Part shown: positions 10,401 to 19,684 of the stretch, piece after piece | Position numbering within the stretch: position 1 is the stretch's first letter | Layout of the letters: each line of letters starts with the position of its first letter | Virus record (IMG/VR): IMGVR_UViG_3300008952_000239 | Coordinates: 1-27,983 of that record | Reading direction: 5' to 3' (one strand) | Source of the DNA: a virus | Lineage: Duplodnaviria; Caudoviricetes | DNA: 27,983 nucleotides | Position numbers and translations under genes: made by a program | The notes under the pieces: model-generated | The model's database searches: none | Seen by the model: only the letters and a program-made list of their open reading frames with translations | Told to the model about the DNA's origin: nothing

Positions 10401-11560
10401 TCAGAATTTAAGACCTGTGGATATGCTGCAGAGGATGTTGCAAAGATTACTGTCTTTCTATCATCAAATGAAACACCATATTTTCCCATTCGAGTTCTAT
10501 CACCTGTCCTATTGATCGTAGGATAAGACCCAGTAGCAGAGTCACGCCTTCTTAATTCAAGCCTATATGGCTCACTTAAGATTCCTGACTTATTTGCATA
10601 AAATCCCTTTCTTGCATAATATAGTGCTGAAGCTGTATTCTCATTGATAAGCCGACCACCTTTTGGAATATCCTTCCAAAATGCTATTTCAGCCATCTCA
10701 CCTTTAAAAAATGATGTATTTGAACTAAAACTACCAGCTCCGTCTACATTTCTCTGAGCGCCTATTGTTAAAGGTGGAAGCGGATTTGGTAGTGTTAATC
10801 CTCCCCAGCTACTCTTAGTTGTTGTAGAAGATTGCCTAATTCCATTGACAAAGATTGCTATCGATGGATCTGATGCCGCTCCTGTCTGATCTACATAGAG
10901 AAGTATGTGTGCCCAAGACCCATCATGTCCCCATGTAGAATCCGCTTTTTCCTCTATGTAGTCAGCAGTCTGTGCCGCAGATCCTTCATAAAGCCTAAAG
11001 GTTAGCTTGTCTGTGGAGTCATCAAAATAAAGTCTATAGACCATTTTTGTCTGAGTTGCTAAATTTCCATTATTTCTTGCCAATGAGAGGATTGTGTCAT
11101 CATTTGAAGATCCCCCTGTTCTATTTACCCAAGCCTGAACTGCAAATCCAAGAGTCGTAGATGCAGACGGTGTATACTCAGGATCTCCAACACCAGAGCC
11201 GTTATCGATAAGATATACAGTACTGCTATCATTAAATGACGCTGATCTTGGTCTTGGTCTATCTGGGCCATCCTTAACATCAAACGGATTGTCGGACTCT
11301 AGCTGAATATTAGAAACACCCATAAGTGTTCCATTATGGTCCCCATTGTATATGTTAACAGCAGTTGGTGTATTACTAACCTTTCTAAAGTCCCACCATC
11401 CAGAAAGAAATGATCCAATCTCATACTCAAGATCTGTCTTTCCCTGTCTTCCAGCTGACCTCCCTATTCCAAGTGTTGTAAAGTTTAATCTTAGGTCTGG
11501 ATACTCTCTAACATTTTCAACGGGTCTATTGAAATTCCCTAGCTGTCTATTATCACTCAT
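7439..11560 (-). CDS. Large virion protein (1373 aa) with an N-terminal LamG/concanavalin-A-like domain
   Basis: LamG motifs: FLSGWWDF, FAVQAWVN, GSWAHILLYVD, IAIFVNG, LTIGAQ, FFKGEMAEIAFWK. ATGA overlap with the upstream gene. Confidence 0.75.
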   Translation of the reverse strand: MSDNRQLGNFNRPVENVREYPDLRLNFTTLGIGRSAGRQGKTDLEYEIGSFLSGWWDFRKVSNTPTAVNIYNGDHNGTLMGVSNIQLESDNPFDVKDGPDRPRPRSASFNDSSTVYLIDNGSGVGDPEYTPSASTTLGFAVQAWVNRTGGSSNDDTILSLARNNGNLATQTKMVYRLYFDDSTDKLTFRLYEGSAAQTADYIEEKADSTWGHDGSWAHILLYVDQTGAASDPSIAIFVNGIRQSSTTTKSSWGGLTLPNPLPPLTIGAQRNVDGAGSFSSNTSFFKGEMAEIAFWKDIPKGGRLINENTASALYYARKGFYANKSGILSEPYRLELRRRDSATGSYPTINRTGDRTRMGKYGVSFDDRKTVIFATSSAAYPQVLNSDSPNFIYPTSSIGTITRSLRKGISDARVEFTPGESLGPYDDSLIDHQDTDFYMTGTKREIMDGFTSPLKSKTSIFFDITPSGDEAVPLTLTRANRHRNVLLEPNLSATKLSKTGFAYWNNTARKWDQIGLTDPLTGQPIRYDYAIKGGTTEINSCTSGTNMYPQQFVPCNHQVITDSVLDATSSHNVGLSGLLKSSFYHLIGSPTITSFAPFKTIYHATSSNTIRMSDYISHPFLLEKVVVKMEGRAQRVHSRPREGSANRHQDDYVFFIYRQERANISGSFRGGSPNTPTPSKSFRVDSAADFSGSQRFLICSGVMSFYNSHCYTMAGTSQDRSTDGHYLYKPINSPAFSHDFAIEQGPTGSQLVLQYTGSLNLEIQPATAGRGFKGRSVLPSATITAGRTTSTPKAVYHYWPGGTSVKPFMHGGPRAGMLMSDYDSVYPSEYTGKVGIDASYGGNDGFTFKQYYEEHVAAASATGFPNEAFAARNLPIEIIDPRTLKPLGPLQSSRTIFATNAAAELGLSTTPNQNQSAVSPYLLFPEDEIVFGLEAAIAPGNISELTGSGNSGGGFGGQNALTGSYLEIPQTENRHTIVFYGSLVKDGVEHHHSLNQPLSSDAIHEAIFEPIVDQWDISSEAANAGTYVDNYVTGTMIAEPWPHNNAADNDGKYAPLSEMRGIAGSFIKGTAPNRAGSFQRSVTHIDFAQRFYDTIMPDIQEYAKRAGATMLTSGSAVPAIVFDPPEFYIESHPHGESTRSTMPFPYEGNPERKLDDTTSMQIVGRGDGFSGMGFLYGKNSQLQIKQLLFQIGFRGGDITTYYTPWHGAETFEYTVNSYDHSHPQATGSTGFRYGIQNIVPEFPTVVFRRDRYGQFRDMLEQRTDGRFYEPRLSDSDLIKIASKTGTSSTSTVADPVVMCKFTLSSSNEEVSPYLTTCSNMSYAATSSIPYIDGEIINVTNPTELKIVAVVKGDLATSVRTATQTPSTKLGGKF

Positions 11561-12555
11561 CTTTTCAATCCGCCGAATGCTATTGAATCCGTTCCTTCTA
11601 TATTATTTTCATAAGTAAAGCCCGATCCTGCAGACTTATGATGGGAGTCAATTAGGCCAAAGTCCCTTAGTGAACCTGTACCCACAAGAATTTTACAAAA
11701 TCTCTCCTTTCCCTCAGCACCAGGAGAACCTCGATCAAGGAACGGTGGTGATAGACGCTCTATGTCTGAAGTAAAGCCAGGTGCAAAAAGAGTAAATGTT
11801 CCATCAGACATTGCTGTTTCAGCAGAATCTATAAATGGATCAACTTCATGAGATCCCGTTATTGCCATTATTTGTGTAATTGAATCGGATCCATATGTCT
11901 CTTCAATATTTCCATCCATGATGTGTGCACGGATCTTGTGGGCAACAAACGGCGTCTCTGCAGATCTATTGCTTATAACCTCTCTAATTGGGAATGGCTC
12001 AATTACACCATCAAATTGATCAGGATATTTCATAGAGACATTGGAGAGAATAACTGGATACTGTTGCATACCTGAATCGTTAATGTATGCAATTGCTCCT
12101 CCGTACGCAGAGGTAACATATGCAATTGCTCCCTCCGAACCGGTGGTACCGGTTGACTCTATCTTTGTACTAATCCTCATTGTTGCCAGATCTTCATATG
12201 GTTCATGATCCTTGAACAATTTTGACTGACCGAAGTCTCTTACCTCTACACCGTGAATATCCTTAATCCTTTCTCCATCAAATCCATTTGATGTCAGTAT
12301 AGGAAGGCACCCAATTACAGCAGTGCTATTTGTTATGTTCACTGTTGAAGGTGAGTCTCTTCTAATATATCTCCTTGAAACTACACTAACACCCTGTCTA
12401 AATCTATCAAACGGTGCAGTAAGCATTCCTCCTGCGGCTTGATTTATTAGATCGTATGACGAACTAACACCAACAGTGGGCCCTAAACCCGATGTTGCAG
12501 ATCCAGTTAGTGCCGATGCTTTTCCAAATCTATCTTTAAATGGTCTAATAGCCAT
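11557..12555 (-). CDS. Hypothetical virion protein (332 aa)
   Basis: ORF embedded in the structural operon, with GGAG upstream of the ATG. Contains an internal GAIAY duplication. No family recognised. Confidence 0.7.
   Translation of the reverse strand: MAIRPFKDRFGKASALTGSATSGLGPTVGVSSSYDLINQAAGGMLTAPFDRFRQGVSVVSRRYIRRDSPSTVNITNSTAVIGCLPILTSNGFDGERIKDIHGVEVRDFGQSKLFKDHEPYEDLATMRISTKIESTGTTGSEGAIAYVTSAYGGAIAYINDSGMQQYPVILSNVSMKYPDQFDGVIEPFPIREVISNRSAETPFVAHKIRAHIMDGNIEETYGSDSITQIMAITGSHEVDPFIDSAETAMSDGTFTLFAPGFTSDIERLSPPFLDRGSPGAEGKERFCKILVGTGSLRDFGLIDSHHKSAGSGFTYENNIEGTDSIAFGGLKR
12086..12132. repeat. 14-bp direct repeat TATGCAATTGCTCC with 33-bp period (in-frame 11-codon duplication; GAIAY x2)
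   Basis: Copies at 12086-12099 and 12119-12132; the protein reads EGAIAYVTSAYGGAIAYI. Confidence 0.8.
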
Positions 12556-12557
12556 AT

Positions 12558-15500
12558 CTACTCCATCAGCTCACCCAATCTAGAAGAGAGGTCATAAAAA
12601 CTAGGCTCTCTTTCAGAAAGTTTTAAATAAATTTCATCTGATAGGTATCTCATCCTATGATGCTCTAAGACATGGGACTCAACAACAAAATTGACACCAT
12701 TAAATGTAGTCTTTTTTGGAATTAGTTGCTCTATCATAAGTCCCATCGTATTATCAAACCATTTAAAGAATTCAAAAAATTGCTTAATATTAAGTTTATC
12801 AATAAGTCTGTTAAAATAAATCTTTCTTAATTGCTCTAGATCTGGATAGTATTCATCAAACATTAAGTTCGGATCACCAAGAGCATTATCAAAGAAATCC
12901 AAAGATGAGAATATTGTCATAATATCCTCATTTAGAGCCTGAACAACAGAGAAGTCAACAGAGAACCTTGTATCATCTTTTGGGATATCGTCTCTAGGAA
13001 TAGCATAGAGCGGTGCCTTGTAAGCATAGTCACTATCTTCAACCCTGTCATCAGAAATATAGCTTCTAACTCTGATCTTTTCATCAGATTCAAGCATGTC
13101 AAATCTTGGAGAAAGATAGCTATAGTGAAATGTATGAGGTATAATTACTCTCTTACTTGTCTCAAATCCAGATCCAGACATGTTGAAATATCTTCTTTCA
13201 TTCCCTCTTTCTCCCCCATACTTTTCAACAAACTCCCACGGCCTTGTTGTCTTTCCAAAGACATATTGCTGTGAAAAGTCTGTAATATCAATATTACCTA
13301 GTGAATTAGAGTTAGTTACTGGTTGATCTGATGTTGCGTCAAGTCTTAATCTTTCAAATGATCCTGTTGAAATTTTATTAAAGTTAAAATTAACCTTAGG
13401 ATTATCAACACCAAGAGACTTAAAGTTTCTAGTATGCTCCTTAAACTCAGTCTCAGTCAATCCCTTAGACCAGAATCTTATGTGACCAGTCCTTCCTGAA
13501 AAGTTTGTGTATCTTGCAGCTGCATAAGCGGCATCAGGCAAAAGAGATTTGGAATTTAGATATAAGAGCCCTGTTGTGTTTATGCTCTGTGATCCGATTA
13601 CAATAAACATTCCATGTGCGTTTCTAGCTGTGTTAATAACCTGCTGAACTCCCCCGGTTGATGAAATTCCATTAACTGAAGATGCCTGGAAAAGGCTTGA
13701 TGTTGTAAAGTACTCCTTTATTTCACCGTAGCTTTGCCTGGAGCATCTTAGGAAGAATGAAGATGTTAAGTTATGACCACTTCCAGAGACTGGGTCGTCA
13801 GATCGATATCTTCCAAAGCAGATATTCCATAAATTTCCATCATAGATATCGGGACCCGTTAGGACGAGCCTCATTTCTGGATCTGTCACAAGACTTGTTT
13901 GCAAACCAGGCCTTCCAAAAAGCTCGAGCCTATTAGACCCGGAATAAGATACAAGATTAAAAGCGAGACCATGATTCTTCGTGCCAGTGTTGCTTCCTGT
14001 CACCTGGAGCCTTGCAAGGCTTTGTGTCAAGAAATGAGACCCTGTTATTAGTGACGGAATTTGATAGATTCCCTCATATGTCCACGACCCAGATGTAAAC
14101 AGGCCATCATTTTTTTGATTTGAAATTCCATGGACATTGTGATTAAAAAGAGATCCTGACTTTGGTTCAGATGGTCTCGATGAATATTCAGGGTGCTTTA
14201 AGATCATAGTTCCATTAGGGTCTGGATAGCCTCTTTCGAATCTACTTGCACTAAGATAGGGAGACATAATCCATGGAACCTTGTGAGATCCTGTGGGAAA
14301 TCCTTGGTCATTTAGTGTATAGTTTGGAATATCAATTGACCAATCCCCGATTGACTTAAAAGATCCTGAAAAATCTATCATCGTTGAAACTTCAGCTTTC
14401 TTTACGCGAAGATTTCTCAAAGTCTTCTTGGATGGACCTCCGTATTCTCTTATCCGCAACAGACCGTCTGGCTCAATTCCCATAGACCGTATAAGAGACT
14501 TAACACTGTGGATTGTTCCTCTAGATTTTGTAATTTCTCCCATATTTGTTAGAATTCTTCTCCACACTTGGTTCTGAACATAGTTTAATGAACCTCCTGA
14601 TCTTGATGGATCTAGTGTGAGATTTTCTCCTGCAACTTGCTGCTGGAGGCTTCCGTCTGAGAATATTTTTGGTAATTGAATTCCCATATACTTTCCTGCA
14701 AATAGCAAGAATGGATCAGAAACAGAGTCATATCCATCGTAATCAACATGAACTAGCTCTGAAACTTCATCAATGATTAGCTTTAGTTCATCAAATTGCT
14801 TGGCATATATAAATAGCATTGCAGACAGTAGCTGTGCTGTGCCTAGCTCACCAGATCCGGGAAGAGAAGATCCGGAATAGTCATTAGCGATATCACCGTC
14901 TATTGAATTAAATCCTTGAAAATATTGACCCTCTTCAAGGTAGTGTGTAGGAACCAGCTTTGTGATCATGTTTGGGTTAACTTTATCATAAGAGCTTGCA
15001 GAGTGAAGAAGTTCCCTATTGAGTGCTGTCACCTTTGCAAATTTGGGAAATAAGACAGGAGATAGCTCTGTGTTCTCATATATCATGGGTGACTTTATGT
15101 CAGATCCATAGAATGAACTGGTGCTTCTTAGAGCTATATCTGAGCTTAGGCTATAGTAGTTGGATATTCTTGAGTGAAGTGACTTACCAGAGCTGTCCAG
15201 GACAACATCGTTGATACCCGTTGAGCCACTTGGTTCGTTAAACTTAAAGTAAAGCTTAAGATCGTCAGATGCGTAGATTGTTTTTGTTGCATATTCTTTT
15301 TGATCATCTAGCACTCTAACAGAGTGAAAGAATCTAAATTCATCAATTGATCCTGAAAATGTCTCTAGTGGTGTAAATTTCCACTCTGAAGCACTTCCTC
15401 CGTCTGTTCCGCTAAGATGCTGAATGGACCCTGTACCGATTGTAAATAAAGTTGCGGGTGTAAAGCCTAGCTTTCCTGTCTCAACTTCTCCATCTGACTC

Positions 15501-16301
15501 TCCCACCTGTGACTCATTTATGTAAAGTTTAAGTTTATTAACATCCTCTGTTCTATCATATACCGCGCATATGTGTTCGAAAGATCCCTTTTGAATGGTT
15601 CCTGAAGCTATTAGCGAAGTAGAGCCAGATGCAACAGAAAATATCAAATCAACATTTGATGTTGATGAACTTGAAGTTAGAAAGAGTCCAAATCCGTAGC
15701 TATCAGATTGTAATCTCTGACATATGACCTGTGGATTATTTGTAACTGCTGCAGATAAGAGCTGCATCTCGATTGAAAAAGAGTCTGTTCCAGGATCTAG
15801 AACCTTCTCGCCTGTGGAAAGATTTGAAAATTGCGGATATAGGCTTCCCGCCTGGTCTCTGACCTTTATATGGATTCCCTGATCCAGGGCTGCTGTGCTA
15901 CTTCCATAAAAATTAAGATATCCCACATTCTTAGGAAATTGTTGAAGAACATAATTTTCATATCCAGTCAAAGAGTCGAGATAGATTTCGACCTCTCTGT
16001 TGCTTCCGTCAAATGGAAATTCATTTACAATTTTATCAAATGCAACATTTACCTTGGAAATGGCAGAGTTAAAGAATGTGTGATTTTCAAATTTAGACCA
16101 GTCAATATTAAGTTGCTGTGTTGACTTTATTCCATCTCCAGGTACATTATATCTAAATGAAGATGTACTTTCAATATTGGAGTCTGCTACTTCAAATAGA
16201 GATGTCTCTCTTGTTCTCGAACCATTATCTTGAATTCCCCTTACGACAGTAGGGGTAAACAGTCTAGGCTTGAACTGTACAAGAACTCTATCATTTGACA
16301 T
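12558..16301 (-). CDS. Baseplate wedge-like protein (T4 gp7/P2 gpI-like core) carrying LamG domains (1247 aa)
   Basis: LamG motifs: FSIEMQL, FEHICAVYDR, LKLYINE, FSGSIDEFRFF, LKLYFKFNE. Wedge-like motif VWRRILTNM..ITKSRGTIHSVKSLIRSMGI...LRIREYGG. A second LamG-like stretch (DGNLWNICFGR...FSGRTGHIRFWS). Located downstream of gp6. Confidence 0.65.
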   Translation of the reverse strand: MSNDRVLVQFKPRLFTPTVVRGIQDNGSRTRETSLFEVADSNIESTSSFRYNVPGDGIKSTQQLNIDWSKFENHTFFNSAISKVNVAFDKIVNEFPFDGSNREVEIYLDSLTGYENYVLQQFPKNVGYLNFYGSSTAALDQGIHIKVRDQAGSLYPQFSNLSTGEKVLDPGTDSFSIEMQLLSAAVTNNPQVICQRLQSDSYGFGLFLTSSSSTSNVDLIFSVASGSTSLIASGTIQKGSFEHICAVYDRTEDVNKLKLYINESQVGESDGEVETGKLGFTPATLFTIGTGSIQHLSGTDGGSASEWKFTPLETFSGSIDEFRFFHSVRVLDDQKEYATKTIYASDDLKLYFKFNEPSGSTGINDVVLDSSGKSLHSRISNYYSLSSDIALRSTSSFYGSDIKSPMIYENTELSPVLFPKFAKVTALNRELLHSASSYDKVNPNMITKLVPTHYLEEGQYFQGFNSIDGDIANDYSGSSLPGSGELGTAQLLSAMLFIYAKQFDELKLIIDEVSELVHVDYDGYDSVSDPFLLFAGKYMGIQLPKIFSDGSLQQQVAGENLTLDPSRSGGSLNYVQNQVWRRILTNMGEITKSRGTIHSVKSLIRSMGIEPDGLLRIREYGGPSKKTLRNLRVKKAEVSTMIDFSGSFKSIGDWSIDIPNYTLNDQGFPTGSHKVPWIMSPYLSASRFERGYPDPNGTMILKHPEYSSRPSEPKSGSLFNHNVHGISNQKNDGLFTSGSWTYEGIYQIPSLITGSHFLTQSLARLQVTGSNTGTKNHGLAFNLVSYSGSNRLELFGRPGLQTSLVTDPEMRLVLTGPDIYDGNLWNICFGRYRSDDPVSGSGHNLTSSFFLRCSRQSYGEIKEYFTTSSLFQASSVNGISSTGGVQQVINTARNAHGMFIVIGSQSINTTGLLYLNSKSLLPDAAYAAARYTNFSGRTGHIRFWSKGLTETEFKEHTRNFKSLGVDNPKVNFNFNKISTGSFERLRLDATSDQPVTNSNSLGNIDITDFSQQYVFGKTTRPWEFVEKYGGERGNERRYFNMSGSGFETSKRVIIPHTFHYSYLSPRFDMLESDEKIRVRSYISDDRVEDSDYAYKAPLYAIPRDDIPKDDTRFSVDFSVVQALNEDIMTIFSSLDFFDNALGDPNLMFDEYYPDLEQLRKIYFNRLIDKLNIKQFFEFFKWFDNTMGLMIEQLIPKKTTFNGVNFVVESHVLEHHRMRYLSDEIYLKLSEREPSFYDLSSRLGELME

Positions 16302-17839
16302 TATTCATCTACCCTAAATTTAGATCCAACATTTGTAAAGACTCTATCAACACCAAACTCTTCAATTAAAAAGTCAAAAACATATGTTCTTCCTGTCGGC
16401 AAAGACTCCATGTAAAAATCAAAAAACATTCCATCAGAATCTGTAGATAGTAAAGTTCCCTTATATGCCCTGTCGAAAGGAATTATGATTCTTCCGTCTA
16501 GAGCATCTCTGATTCTGTAGTGCATTTTTGAAAATATTTCACTTTTTGATTCAATTGGTGACTTTTTAAAGACAACCTCTCTTCCTAAATTTTCAACAAA
16601 AACTCTTAGCTTTGTTTTCTCAAATGATCTATATCTTGACTTTAAGTTCGTAATGTTTAGATAGAACTTATCAGTTGCATTATCAAAACTAGTTCTTTTA
16701 ACTGTATTGACCATCAAAGAGCCAGTGTGAAAACCAAGCTTATAGTCAGTACTTCCCCAGTATGTATTAAAGGTTGCAGAAGCTGCATTGACTATTTCAT
16801 TCCTAAGGGTTCCGGATGAAAATTCACCTATTGCAAATGTTGCTGAATAAACTCCAGTTATATAGTTTAAACCTATCTTGTGCTGAGATGCAGTGACGGA
16901 TGTTGTAAAAAATGTTCCTCTGTCATGAGAGCCTGATTCTATTCTTAGAACTATGCAATTTGCGCCCTTTACTTCATTTCCAGTTCTTCCGTCAAGAATG
17001 TGTGAGGGGTGACCTCTGTGAAAGTTATTTAGAAAAATAGATCCTGTAAGATTAAAGAAGAAATTTTCATGATGATCTTGCTGTGCATCATTATAATGAA
17101 CTATTAGTCTAGGCCTATTTTCAACAGTAGTTGCATGTCTAGATGCAAATCTTTTGACAAATCTTGTCTTCTCATCTGTCTCTTCAGATCCACTAAGTGA
17201 AATTCTAAATCCACAATCAGGTATTTGGCTAGCTAGAACACCAGAGACAATTGCTGTCACATCAATGTTAAGATCCTCGTCTCCTGATTCAAATAGCTGT
17301 GACTTCCAGAGAAAGGCGACACCATTTCCATCGTTCAAATTTCCAGATGTAATGATGTCTATATCTGGGCTTCCCAAAAGACCCTCTTTGTTTGATCCTG
17401 TAAAAGTCCATAGGGTTGGTGACTGTCCTGAGACAGATGCTGTAATAAAATTGCAAGAGTCAATGTCGGAAAATGAAATAATATCTTTTCCCACACCTTC
17501 GTCAAAAGATTTTGACAATGGAGCAACAAGGATATTAAAGTTAGATGGTGTTGTCTGTCCGCCATACACATCTGAAAGCTTGAGAAAACATTTAAATGAT
17601 GAGTGATTTATATCTAAGATAGACCCAGTCATCGATCTAAGCGGATCTAAATCAAACTGTATTAAGATTCTAGAAAGCTCTTTTGGCGTTGTATTAGATC
17701 CAGAATTAGATTCACCGTACAGCTTAAATAAATCAAGTGTGCCAGCAAGACCAACATTAGCATCTGTTGCTCTAAAGTCATTATTTATAATTTTATTTGT
17801 AATGTACGTGTCTTTGCTTGCTGTTAGTATTCTATACAT
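16301..17839 (-). CDS. Virion protein (512 aa) with a DNRLRE (disaggregatase-related/CBM96-like) N-terminal domain
   Basis: Pattern ASKDTYIT...DANVG...LDL...SRILIQFDL...LKL...DLNIDVTAIV...GFRI...FASRH...RPRLIVHY matches DNRLRE-type beta-sandwiches. Lies directly after the gp6-like gene. Confidence 0.55.
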   Translation of the reverse strand: MYRILTASKDTYITNKIINNDFRATDANVGLAGTLDLFKLYGESNSGSNTTPKELSRILIQFDLDPLRSMTGSILDINHSSFKCFLKLSDVYGGQTTPSNFNILVAPLSKSFDEGVGKDIISFSDIDSCNFITASVSGQSPTLWTFTGSNKEGLLGSPDIDIITSGNLNDGNGVAFLWKSQLFESGDEDLNIDVTAIVSGVLASQIPDCGFRISLSGSEETDEKTRFVKRFASRHATTVENRPRLIVHYNDAQQDHHENFFFNLTGSIFLNNFHRGHPSHILDGRTGNEVKGANCIVLRIESGSHDRGTFFTTSVTASQHKIGLNYITGVYSATFAIGEFSSGTLRNEIVNAASATFNTYWGSTDYKLGFHTGSLMVNTVKRTSFDNATDKFYLNITNLKSRYRSFEKTKLRVFVENLGREVVFKKSPIESKSEIFSKMHYRIRDALDGRIIIPFDRAYKGTLLSTDSDGMFFDFYMESLPTGRTYVFDFLIEEFGVDRVFTNVGSKFRVDE

Positions 17840-17847
17840 TTTTTCAC

Positions 17848-19680
17848 CTATTCTGCAACGCCTGTTATGTCAAATTCAGGATATCTTATCTCAAAAATTC
17901 CACCAGCCTCTGGAGAGATAATTCCCTTATACGTGTTTTGATCTATGTTGAATATAACATCACTATAGACCCTTCCGTCATTTGATCCATTTAGATTTAT
18001 AACTTCAAACTCAGATAAAGAAATAACACCCGGTGAATTTAAGATGATATTCTGAATGTCTCCAGTCATTATTGGCTGATCTATCTGAAAGTTTGCAACT
18101 TGAAAGTATTTCTTTAATTTAGAATTAATAGTAAGTGTTGTTGCTTTTTTATTAGCAATGTTATTAACTACAATACTATAATTAATTCCAACATGGACAA
18201 TGGGAGAATCAAGAATATCAATTGCATCAGAAATTAATCTATTTTCATTTAGAAATAATGCTAAGTTATCCTTTAAAGAATCGGGAGAGGTCGTCAATCT
18301 TCCCTTGGCATCTCTACTAATAATGTACAGAAGAGTTGCAAGAGGATTATCCGGATTTGACCTAACACCGACCCTGTAAACTCTTCCAAATCTCGATGGC
18401 ATCATATAGATGTGAGAAATTAAATCAGCCTTTGTTACAATTCTTGACTGTGTATTCTTAGCAGACACAAGTAATCTTTTCATATCTTCGAGAGAGACCT
18501 GATTTTCTCCTCCAGCGGCCGCCTGGGGATTTGTACAGTCGACAGATGCCCTAATTCTTGTCTGAACAGAGGCATGTAGATTTGTATTAAACTCTGTAAA
18601 TAGGGTCTTTATTCCTGTTATTGACCCCCCGGAGACATTGTGTGAAAGACCGCCTCCCTGTCTGTATTCTACTAAAATTGTCGTATTCATTGGTGATATT
18701 CCAAGAGACTGTGTTCTTAGAAGGTTGTTTGGATCTATAGAGAATCTCTTTATTTCCTTTTTTCCATACATGGGCAATGATAGCTCGCTTGGATCTGGAA
18801 TAATATCATCATCTAGAGTGTCTGCCCTTCCAGATCCAAATCTTATAGATGTTGTTCCCGTATTTGCATCTCTTTGAACAGTGTATCTGTATGGGCACGG
18901 TAGAAGCTCTAGGTTTTCAGGAACATCTGCGCTGTCAGATGACTGATTTGAAACTCTTTTATATACTACGTTTTGAACAAGAGAGTCAACTTCATAGTAT
19001 TTATTTCCCTTTGTGTCTACTACATATATTATTTCTGATATGTTTGTACCATTTAAAGTAAGCTTTCTAAACGGAATAAACTTATTTGAAATACTAAATT
19101 CCTTTCTGACTACAGATCCAGAGACACACCTTCCAGATCTTTTTAAAATATATTGCTTTGGCGGGCTTGATGCATTTGCCGGTGTGATCTGTTGAAAAAC
19201 ATAGTTTCCGTCAGAATCTTTTTCAGAAAAGTCTATATCATCTACCAGGGTAAATAGAACACCATTTGTAGAGCTGACTATGGTTCCCTGAACGATTGTG
19301 GGAAGATAAGAGTGCATAGGAAGAGATGTATCGTCAGGATTGGAGTCAACCTTTATGTAAAAATCAACATCTGCTACAGCGGGAGTTGCACCCATTATTT
19401 CTACACCAGCATTTCTTAAAAGTCTTTGAATGTTTTTATCTTCAACTGCTGTTTCAATATCTAGCTCATTAAACTGATGATCTAAATAATAACTCATAAC
19501 GTCTCCGACATACGCATTCATGTCAAGAAGAAGACCTCCGACAGTTGCATCTCCAAAATCCTGAATCTTGTCAGAGAAAAAAGTTCTAGCATAGGACACA
19601 AGATCAGCCCTAAAGCTTTCAAAATCCTTATTTAGATAAGATCTAAATTCACTCTTTTTTAATTTTGTCTTTATTGCCAT
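17848..19680 (-). CDS. gp6: Baseplate wedge subunit, T4 gp6 / baseplate J-like (610 aa)
   Basis: YLNKDFESFRADLVSYARTFF...DF...GGLLLDMNAYVGDVMSYYLDHQFNE, IRFGSG, AAAGGENQVSLEDMK and QSRIVTKADL are hallmark gp6 motifs. Follows gp25. Confidence 0.9.
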   Translation of the reverse strand: MAIKTKLKKSEFRSYLNKDFESFRADLVSYARTFFSDKIQDFGDATVGGLLLDMNAYVGDVMSYYLDHQFNELDIETAVEDKNIQRLLRNAGVEIMGATPAVADVDFYIKVDSNPDDTSLPMHSYLPTIVQGTIVSSTNGVLFTLVDDIDFSEKDSDGNYVFQQITPANASSPPKQYILKRSGRCVSGSVVRKEFSISNKFIPFRKLTLNGTNISEIIYVVDTKGNKYYEVDSLVQNVVYKRVSNQSSDSADVPENLELLPCPYRYTVQRDANTGTTSIRFGSGRADTLDDDIIPDPSELSLPMYGKKEIKRFSIDPNNLLRTQSLGISPMNTTILVEYRQGGGLSHNVSGGSITGIKTLFTEFNTNLHASVQTRIRASVDCTNPQAAAGGENQVSLEDMKRLLVSAKNTQSRIVTKADLISHIYMMPSRFGRVYRVGVRSNPDNPLATLLYIISRDAKGRLTTSPDSLKDNLALFLNENRLISDAIDILDSPIVHVGINYSIVVNNIANKKATTLTINSKLKKYFQVANFQIDQPIMTGDIQNIILNSPGVISLSEFEVINLNGSNDGRVYSDVIFNIDQNTYKGIISPEAGGIFEIRYPEFDITGVAE

Positions 19681-19684
19681 TAAA

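Noticed and set aside
6821-16301. Diversity-generating retroelement or invertible fibre cassette
   Set aside because: No reverse transcriptase or recombinase, and I saw no long near-identical repeat pair.
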